From: a virus
Reading direction: 5' to 3' (one strand)
DNA: 64,000 nucleotides
IMG/VR virus record: IMGVR_UViG_3300045988_179268
Coordinates: 255,427-319,426 of that record
Under the pieces are notes generated by a model. It made no database searches. It was not told the DNA's origin and worked only from the letters and a program-made list of their open reading frames with translations. Of the stretch, positions 42,845 through 50,716 are shown piece after piece; position 1 is the first letter of the stretch, and the number at the start of each line of letters is the position of its first letter. Made by a program: the position numbers and the translations under genes.

Positions 42845-45319
42845 ATGGCTACTAAAATTCACGTTGGATTCAAGGACGGGAAGCTAACCAGCGGCAAATG
42901 CGAAGCCGATAAGGGTAAATGCCCATATGGTAACCACTTCCCATCACAGAGTGAAGCAGATAAGTACCAAGAGCATGTCGCTGAAATTCTTCACAGCCCT
43001 CAGTACCGTGACCTGGCGGCAGGGCATGAAGCTTATGCCGCTGAGGGTGGCGGAAAGATGACCACTCAAGACGCTTTAGGTATGGGCTTCCCTGAGGAAG
43101 TAGCTAAGCTGATTGGCGGTGAGCCGACCGACCCTAAGTATGCCCGCGAAAACGTTGGCGTAGAGACTGTTGAGGAGCCTGTAGCTGAACCTGCGCAGGC
43201 GGAAGAGGTTTCTGCCGCTACAAGTCAAGATAAAGAAGTATCTGCCGAGGAACCAACGCCGAAGCCGAAGACTAAGCCTCGCAAGAAGACCGTTAAGGAA
43301 GAGGAGCCCATTGAGGAAGTTGGGCATGATGCGCCACCTGAGAAGTTTGACCTTAATAGCGCGGAAGGTAAAGAGCAACTATACACTATCTTAAACTCAT
43401 ACAAGAAGTCTGCACCCGAAGACTTCTCCGTGATGCCTTCGTCCATGCATAAGTATGCTAATCTCAGCTTCCTCACCATGAAGAATGACCCTGAATATCA
43501 GAAGCTAAAGGATGAGTATGCTGGGTTTGCTAAAGGGTTGGCGGCACTACGCGCTAATATGGACGACCAGCTTCCCGATGAGGATAAAGCACGTATGCAA
43601 TACCTCGTGGATTCCATGAAGCCCCTGGATGATTCTATGGGGAGCATTCGGCGCGGCATTGCGGAAGAGATGGGGTGGGAACCATCGGAAGACGACGGCT
43701 TGAACACCTGGCGTTCTGTTGCGAATTACGGTGAAGAAGACAATGACGTGAATGACAGAATCGTTGAAGACCTTCTTGCCCGCCGTGTCCGTGGTGAATC
43801 AGAAGAAGACCGCCAAGAAGCATACGACACCATTAACGGCGACCTTCTCCAGCGTACACGATACAAAGCGACAGCGGATGCGCCGCCAGCCCACACATGG
43901 GAAAAGGTTATGGGTAAGCAAACCCCTTGGAATAATCATATTTCCACGGTTGAGTTGAATAAGCTTGCTCACCATCAGACTGTAAACGCTTATAGTGACA
44001 TGTTGGCTGCTGGTCGTGAAGCGAAGAAAGCCGCCAACGCGCGTAAAGCTGACTCTGTTGATGAACTGAAAGCTAAGTCTGCGAAGCTCAGCATCTCAGG
44101 CGATAAAGCTAAACCTATCTACGACTACACGCAATATGGAGATACTGACGCTGAACGAGAGTATTATCAGCGTGCCAGTGAGCGAACCAAGGCAAGGCTT
44201 AAGCCTGGTGCTTATGTGATGCTTGCCGGTTTGGATGCGGAAACATACCAGATTGCACCCGATGGTGGCTTAAAAACCACTGATGGTAAGCTGTGGGGCT
44301 ATGTGGACTTTAAGACTGGTGCAATGTATGACGTGGATGGTCAGCATCTAGGTAATAAAGGTGGTGCCCGTGTTTACGCTAACACAGATGAGCTGTTGCG
44401 TTATGCCGCGCTAGACAACGGTTCACACGATACACCAGGTAGCACGTCAGCAGACCCAGGGTACAAGAGCAGGTATGAGACTGACCCGAAGCACTCTAAG
44501 GAGTTTCAAAAGGTTTACGACCATCTTCGCCGCAATGAACAGGGTTGGGCTGAGGTAGCTAAGCGCAACCAAGAGATTGACTTGGCTGTACATGGCAAAG
44601 ACGGCTTCGACCTATACGATGAGGCTGTAGCTAAGTATGGAATGAAGGAGCTTGACCTCCGAAGGTTTGATGTGAACCCGAACGGCGAGAAGGTTCTTAA
44701 GAACCGTGTCAAGGAACATATCGCTAAAGAAATTAACGCCGGTAGGCTTGCTTACGATTTTAAGTCAGACTCCTTGGAAAAGGTTCAGCGTGATTCGATT
44801 GAGTCGTATGCGCCGAAGGAAGCGCTTGATGATTTCTTTGCAAGCGATACCCCTCCCGCTACTCGTGCGTCCATCATGAGTGCGGCTAGGCGTAAACGTG
44901 AACTCATCACGGCTCAGGCAGACCAGTTCGCTGGCGCTATTGAGAGCAAACCGACTGAGTATAGTGCGATTGGGCATAGGCGTAGAAGGTGGGCTGGCAG
45001 TTCAAAAATTCCATTGGGGAACGCTAAGACTGGCAACCTGATTTATTCACCAGCAACTCATGGGTACGAGAACAACCTTCATGAGACTTATGTGGTAGTA
45101 GACCAGGAAAAGAAGCTCATGGTTCCAGTTACCGAGGGCTTGACCCCTGAGAGTATGTTTAACCAGCAGAACAAGGGTTGGATGTCGTCTCCAGTGACTA
45201 CATCAGAGTACACTGTTCAGAACTTGTTGCGTCGCTACAAGTCGGGTGACCCAACTCTGGATGTACGTGAGATTCCGAATGATGATGACAGCTCCGCCGC
45301 TAATCTTCGAGTCTGGTAA
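42845..45319 (+). CDS. Large paralogue family protein 1 of 4 (824 aa), N-terminal knuckle
   Basis: MATKIHVGFKDGKLTSGKCEADKGKCPYGNHF. LIGGEPTDPKYARENVG. ADPGYKSRYETDPKHSKEF. SAARRKRELITAQADQFAGAIE. Ends ...NLRVW. Confidence 0.85.
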   Translation: MATKIHVGFKDGKLTSGKCEADKGKCPYGNHFPSQSEADKYQEHVAEILHSPQYRDLAAGHEAYAAEGGGKMTTQDALGMGFPEEVAKLIGGEPTDPKYARENVGVETVEEPVAEPAQAEEVSAATSQDKEVSAEEPTPKPKTKPRKKTVKEEEPIEEVGHDAPPEKFDLNSAEGKEQLYTILNSYKKSAPEDFSVMPSSMHKYANLSFLTMKNDPEYQKLKDEYAGFAKGLAALRANMDDQLPDEDKARMQYLVDSMKPLDDSMGSIRRGIAEEMGWEPSEDDGLNTWRSVANYGEEDNDVNDRIVEDLLARRVRGESEEDRQEAYDTINGDLLQRTRYKATADAPPAHTWEKVMGKQTPWNNHISTVELNKLAHHQTVNAYSDMLAAGREAKKAANARKADSVDELKAKSAKLSISGDKAKPIYDYTQYGDTDAEREYYQRASERTKARLKPGAYVMLAGLDAETYQIAPDGGLKTTDGKLWGYVDFKTGAMYDVDGQHLGNKGGARVYANTDELLRYAALDNGSHDTPGSTSADPGYKSRYETDPKHSKEFQKVYDHLRRNEQGWAEVAKRNQEIDLAVHGKDGFDLYDEAVAKYGMKELDLRRFDVNPNGEKVLKNRVKEHIAKEINAGRLAYDFKSDSLEKVQRDSIESYAPKEALDDFFASDTPPATRASIMSAARRKRELITAQADQFAGAIESKPTEYSAIGHRRRRWAGSSKIPLGNAKTGNLIYSPATHGYENNLHETYVVVDQEKKLMVPVTEGLTPESMFNQQNKGWMSSPVTTSEYTVQNLLRRYKSGDPTLDVREIPNDDDSSAANLRVW

Positions 45320-45331
45320 TATACCATAATT

Positions 45332-45344
45332 CTTTGATATAAAG
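45332..45344 (+). promoter_or_regulatory. CTTTGATATAAAG motif
   Basis: Directly after the stop of paralogue 1 and upstream of terminator 45369-45402. Confidence 0.3.
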
Positions 45345-45368
45345 TTAGGGGACATCCTCAATATAGGG

Positions 45369-45402
45369 AGGCACCGAACCATCGTTGGGTGGTTCGGTGC
45401 CT
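45369..45402 (+). terminator. Rho-independent terminator
   Basis: 12-bp stem aggcaccgaacc/ggttcggtgcct followed by ttttt. Confidence 0.8.
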
Positions 45403-45417
45403 TTTTGGTGCGCAACC

Positions 45418-45428
45418 TGATATATAGG
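45418..45428 (+). promoter_or_regulatory. TGATATATAGG motif
   Basis: About 75 nt upstream of ATG 45501. Confidence 0.35.
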
Positions 45429-45500
45429 AGATATAAGCTTTGTCGAGAAGTATTCTTCTTTTCAGCGCTTAGCATTTTTGTATGTAAGGAGAAAAATAGT

Positions 45501-48015
45501 ATGGCTACTAAAATTCACGTTGGTTTTAGAGATGGGAAGCTGACGGCGGGTAAGTGTGAGGCTGATAAGGGTAAATGCCCTTACGGTAACCACTTCGCGT
45601 CGCAGAGTGAAGCCGACAAATACCAAGAGCATGTTGCTGAGATTCTACACAGCCCTAAATATCGCGACTTAGCGGCTGGATTTGAGGCGATGGGCGCGGG
45701 TGGCAACGCCATGACTACCCAAGACGCTTTAGCCAATGGTTTCCCGCCGGAAATTGCTAAGCTTATTGGTGGTGAGCCTACTGACCCGAAATATGCGCGT
45801 GAAAACGTTGGCGTAGAGACTGTTGAGGAGCCTGTAGCTGAACCTGTGCAGGTGGATGTGGAGGATTCCCCACCTGTCGTCAGTGGCGAAAGCGCGAAAG
45901 TAGAAGAGGCAGAACAGCTATCTGAAAAGGAGCCGGAAACCGTCGAATCTCCCGTTTCTGAGTCAGAGGTGGCTACACCCCGACCAGCCAACGATGGCGC
46001 GGTTAGCCATGATGTGCCACCAGAACCAGGTAGTATTGACATCAACACCCCCGAAGGTGTTGAACGATTCATTGAGGTTCTTGACAGTTACAGGGTGTCA
46101 GATAGTGACAGCTTTAAGAAGTTCGCGCCATATTTAAAGCGAGCTGTTTACGCTACCGATGACCCAAATGGTAACTGGAGCAAGGTTGAAAAGGAGCTAG
46201 AAAGGTATGCTAGGGCTGTAAACCATGTGCGCACCGGGAGTCTTGAGAGGATGCAGGAGAAAGACAGGGAAAATAGTAGGCGACTTACCGATGTTGGCGT
46301 TGAGGTAACTATGGCGGATGCGGCGGCTAACAAATACTACGAGCGTCAGGGGTTAGAAGTTCCTGGCTACGGAGCATTCCGTGCAATTGCGAACTATGGC
46401 GAGTTCGGCAATGAAATTAACGATGTTATTGTGCAAGATACCCTCTTGAGGCGCACTCAGGACAAGAATACTGGTGACCGCATTGCCGCGTATAAAGCCA
46501 TTTCACCATCTATCGTATATGAAGACAATGTTTCAGGTGAAGCCGACTGGCATCGTGAGATAGGTATGACTGGAATCCCCTACAGCGCTCCTACTGAGAT
46601 GGGGTATGACCCAGACATTGAGATGAATAAGCTTAGGCGACATCTGTTTGTCAATAAGTATAGTGACATGCTTACCAAAGACCGTAATCTCAAAAAGCGT
46701 GCGAACTCTACTATGAACGGCTTAACTGTTCAGGAAATTGAGGAGAAATCCAAGTCTCCCTATAATAGCACTGATAGCGGTAAAGCGATTTACAGCGGAG
46801 ACTACGCAAGGTCACACGATAAAGACCTGGGTGGATGCGTATTATAGTCAGGCGGCAAAACGCACAGCAGAAAAATTGAAGCCTGGCTCTTACGTCATGC
46901 TAAACAATTACGACGCTGAGGTGTACCAGATTGGGGAGGATGGTGCGTTACTCACTCCAGAAGGCAACGTTTGGGGGCGTGTAGACTTTGAAAAGGGCAC
47001 CATTCATGACTCACAGGGAGTCAATATCTATGATACTCAGGGCGGTGCCCGACTCTATGCTGATGCCGACGAGTTGATGCGTTATGCCGCATTAGATGAC
47101 CAACCTAACGGTCTTGTCACCTCTGCTGACCCTGGCTACAGGTCTAAGTATGAGGATGACCCGAAGCTGAGCAAGAAGTTTGAGCGCGCCGTCAAATATC
47201 TTGAGTCGATGGAGGCTTTAGAGAACGAGGCGGCTATTAGGCAACAGGAGTTCGCTACAGCGTCCAGGTCATATAGCCCGAGTGAGCTGTACGACATTGC
47301 GACTGCAAAGTTTGGTATGCCTCACTTTGATAGGGAGTTGGCGAAGGATAAGTCGAAAGAAGCCATGATGAAGAAGGAAATCATGGTGCAGGATTATTTG
47401 CGTGAACAGTTCATGGAGCATGGCGCTAGGAACAATTTCAGGAACGGCACTATCGTAAAGTCGAACCGTCGAGGGTTGAGTGCTTTAGCACCTAAAAAGT
47501 CACTTGATGAGGTTCTTGGCAAGAATGTACCTGTGGCTGTGAAAGCTTCCATCATTAACGCGGCTAAGCGCAAACGCGCTAGGGAAACTGCTCAGGGCGA
47601 CGCATTTGCGGGCGCTTTTGAAAGGAAAATTACTGAGATAAACCCGACCAGTAAGAGGCGTAGAAGCTGGGGTGACAAGCCTCTACCGCCCGCTTATGCC
47701 CGAACCGGAGACTTACTGTACAACCCCGTTGGTGAGCCTGACGGTAAACACACAACATTTGTTGTGGTAGACCGCGAAAAGGGGTTAATGGTCGAGCTTA
47801 ACACTCGCACCCCACAGCACAGGACGAGGCGACACAACGCTAAGCAGATGGAAATTGACCCTAATTACGGGCTAGTCCCTGAGAAGCATCTAGCTTTAAC
47901 ATCTGAGTACGCCATCCAGGATGCTCTGAAACGTTACGAGATGGGCGACCCAAGCCTCAAAGTGAATTTCATGCCTCTAGAAGATGACAACGATATGCTC
48001 TTGAAGCTTTGGTAG
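45501..48015 (+). pseudogene. Large paralogue family member 2 of 4, interrupted by a single-nucleotide frame change near 46824
   Basis: The first frame reads ...AIYSGDYARSHDK and then DLGGCVL-stop at 46845-46847. The next frame continues TWVDAYYSQAAKRTAEKLKPGSYVMLN. Joined, this aligns residue-for-residue with PIYAGHSDAWDDKYLQDSYYKEASAETKEKLKPGSFMMLN of paralogue 3. Confidence 0.7.
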
Positions 48016-48050
48016 AACCAAGCTGGCTTCAACATCAATAGATGGCACAG

Positions 48051-48094
48051 GTGCCTGGCTTAGCGGTGTAGGAAACCGCGGCTAAGCCAGGCAC
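48051..48094 (+). terminator. Hairpin
   Basis: 14-bp stem gtgcctggcttagc/gctaagccaggcac, followed by a C-run instead of a T-run. Confidence 0.5.
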
Positions 48095-48104
48095 CCCCCC
48101 CCCC
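48094..48104. repeat. Homopolymeric C11 tract
   Basis: cccccccccc c read directly at 48094-48104, 43 nt upstream of ATG 48148. Confidence 0.9.
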
Positions 48105-48147
48105 TTAGTTAAGGGGTAGCATATTTTTATAAAAGGAGAAAAATAGT

Positions 48148-50583
48148 ATGGCTACTAAAGTTCACGTTGGGTTTAAGAATGGCAAGCTAACCAGTGGCAA
48201 GTGTGAGGCGGATGTTCGCGCTTGCCCTTATGGTAACCATTTTGCGTCGCAGAGTGAAGCAGACAAATATCGAGAAGATGTTGCCGCAATTCTTTACAGC
48301 CCTGAGTATCGCCACCTAGCGGAAAGCTATGAGGTCTTTGGTGCAGAGGGCGGCAAGATGACCACTGAGCAGGCTTTAGGTCAAGGTTTCCCGCCGGAAA
48401 TTGCGAAGCTTATCGGTGGTGAGCCGACTGACCCGAAGTATGCGCGTGAGAATGTGGGCAAAGACGTTGTGCCAGAGGTTGCGGCTGACGACTCGCCAGT
48501 TGATGCCCTTTCGTCAAGTGGCGCTGAGGTGAAGCAGGAAAGTGCCCCTGTAGACCACTCAAGGAAACCCAAAGGTATTGACCTTGAGACGGAAGAAGGT
48601 GTCGCAAGGTTTAAAGAGATTCTGAATAGCTACACGGTTTCTTCCCGTGAGGAATTTGAACAGCCACCGAGTAGGCTACGCAGGATTATCCGCCTTATCG
48701 ACCCGAGGCGCAAAGCTAAGCTGGTAAAGGAATATAAGACTTTCGGGTCTGTGCTTACCGCATTGCGCACTGGTCAAATTATGAGCCTCAAGAAGGAGGA
48801 GAGTAATCAGCTTACAGATATTCTGATGTATCAGTCTCGATACCGCTTATCAGCAATGAAGAAATATCGAGAACTAGGGAAAAGTAACCCTGACGACACT
48901 TTATTCAGAAGCATTGCGAGTTATGGTGAGGCGGGTAATGATGCGAATGATTTAATCACTTTAACCACGCTGGCTAGGCGTGCGGCAGGCGTGAATGAAG
49001 ATGACGACTTTGCGGGGTATGAGGCTGTTGATGCTGACCTTATTCATAATGACGGTGTTGCTGGTGAAGAGGAGTGGAACCGTGTAGTCGGCAGGGATGG
49101 CATTCCTTATGGCGCGCCAACTGAGATGGGGTATGACCCTGACATTGAGCTGAATAAGATTAGGCATATGAAGCTTGCTAATAGGTATAGTGACATGCTT
49201 GCGGATAGCCGCGCCAAAAAGAAGCTTGCGAACGCCACGATGGATGGTCTGACGGTGGGTGAAATCTTAGCGAAGGTGGATGCCCCTAACCAGAGGCACA
49301 GTTCGTCACAGCCTATCTATGCGGGTCATAGCGACGCTTGGGATGACAAGTATCTACAGGACAGCTATTACAAGGAAGCGTCAGCTGAAACTAAGGAGAA
49401 GTTGAAGCCAGGCTCGTTTATGATGCTTAACGGGCGAGACGCGGAAGTTTATCGGATTCGTGAAGATGGTGCTCTCGTTACGCCGGAAGGCAAGACGTGG
49501 GGTCACGTCGATTTTAAGACTGGTCGTGTCCATAACGCACATGGTGAAAACATTGTTGTGAGTCACAAAGGTGCCCGCGTGTACGCTAATGAGGGTGAGT
49601 TGATGCGTTACGCCGCGCTTGATGACGTTGAAGAGATGCCCGCTGGCGGTATCGTTGGGGCAACCAGTTCCTCTGACCCTGGATATAGGTCTAAGTATGA
49701 GGATGACCCAAAGTTAAGTAAGAAGTTTGAACGCGCCGTCAGGCACCTTAAGCGTGAGGAGAAGGCGCTCACCTTTAGGGCTAAGATGCAAGAAGAGTAT
49801 GGTCGAGCTGTTGCTCAGCATGACGCGGCAGACCTGTACACTATCGCTACCAGCAAGCTTGGGATGCCTCCATTCAGTAAGGAAGTTGCCGAAGACAACT
49901 CCCCCAACGGTATCTTGTACAGGGAAATTGAGACGAAGAGGTATCTTGAGAGCCAGTTCCGCGCCGGTAAAGCAAGGTATGATTTCGGAAAGAAAGCTAT
50001 TGTAAAGAGTAACCGTAAGCCCATTGAAGACCTTATGCCTAAGAAGTCTCTGAGTGATGTTCTTGGTGATGATTTGCCTGTGGCTACGAAGGTTTCTATT
50101 ATGAACGCGGCTAGACGTAATCGCAACAGAGTCACTACCCAGGGCGACCAGTTCGCTGGCGCTTTTGAAGGTAAGATTGGGGCGCATAACCCGTCAGCGC
50201 ATAGGCGTAAAAACTGGTCTACTGAGAGGGTCGCGCCTGAACAAGCTGAAACGGGTAGCCTGTTATACAACCCTGACGCTAAGTACGATGACAAGTATGA
50301 AGTGTTTGTGGTGGTAGACCGCGAAAAGGGTCTGATGGCTCCCATTAAAGAAGCTACTTGGCAACATAGGACTCAAGCCCAGGAGGAGTCAGCTAAGGAG
50401 CGTAAGGCAAGAATGTATAGGGAAATTGATAAGGCGAAGGAATTGTCCCGTAAGGACATGGCGCTTGCGTCTGAATATTCTATTCAGGATGCTTTGAACC
50501 GCCACAAGATGAAAGACCCAAGCCTTAAGGTGGAGGTTATGCCTCTACAGTTGAAGAACCAGCGAGGTCTGGCTCTCTGGTAA
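48148..50583 (+). CDS. Large paralogue family protein 3 of 4 (811 aa)
   Basis: MATKVHVGFKNGKLTSGKCEADVRACPYGNHF. LIGGEPTDPKYARENVG. SDPGYRSKYEDDPKLSKKFERAV. Ends ...GLALW. Confidence 0.85.
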   Translation: MATKVHVGFKNGKLTSGKCEADVRACPYGNHFASQSEADKYREDVAAILYSPEYRHLAESYEVFGAEGGKMTTEQALGQGFPPEIAKLIGGEPTDPKYARENVGKDVVPEVAADDSPVDALSSSGAEVKQESAPVDHSRKPKGIDLETEEGVARFKEILNSYTVSSREEFEQPPSRLRRIIRLIDPRRKAKLVKEYKTFGSVLTALRTGQIMSLKKEESNQLTDILMYQSRYRLSAMKKYRELGKSNPDDTLFRSIASYGEAGNDANDLITLTTLARRAAGVNEDDDFAGYEAVDADLIHNDGVAGEEEWNRVVGRDGIPYGAPTEMGYDPDIELNKIRHMKLANRYSDMLADSRAKKKLANATMDGLTVGEILAKVDAPNQRHSSSQPIYAGHSDAWDDKYLQDSYYKEASAETKEKLKPGSFMMLNGRDAEVYRIREDGALVTPEGKTWGHVDFKTGRVHNAHGENIVVSHKGARVYANEGELMRYAALDDVEEMPAGGIVGATSSSDPGYRSKYEDDPKLSKKFERAVRHLKREEKALTFRAKMQEEYGRAVAQHDAADLYTIATSKLGMPPFSKEVAEDNSPNGILYREIETKRYLESQFRAGKARYDFGKKAIVKSNRKPIEDLMPKKSLSDVLGDDLPVATKVSIMNAARRNRNRVTTQGDQFAGAFEGKIGAHNPSAHRRKNWSTERVAPEQAETGSLLYNPDAKYDDKYEVFVVVDREKGLMAPIKEATWQHRTQAQEESAKERKARMYREIDKAKELSRKDMALASEYSIQDALNRHKMKDPSLKVEVMPLQLKNQRGLALW

Positions 50584-50615
50584 CGCCCCATTTGCAGATA
50601 ATTACATTGTGTTTT

Positions 50616-50663
50616 GGTGCCCAGCTTAACACCAACCTATCTAAGCTAGTTAAGCTGGGCACC
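50616..50663 (+). terminator. Hairpin terminator
   Basis: 15-bp stem ggtgcccagcttaac/gttaagctgggcacc. Confidence 0.7.
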
Positions 50664-50716
50664 TTGCCCTGTCAGGGGTTTACATATTTTTATTTCAAAG
50701 AAAAGAGAAGAATACT

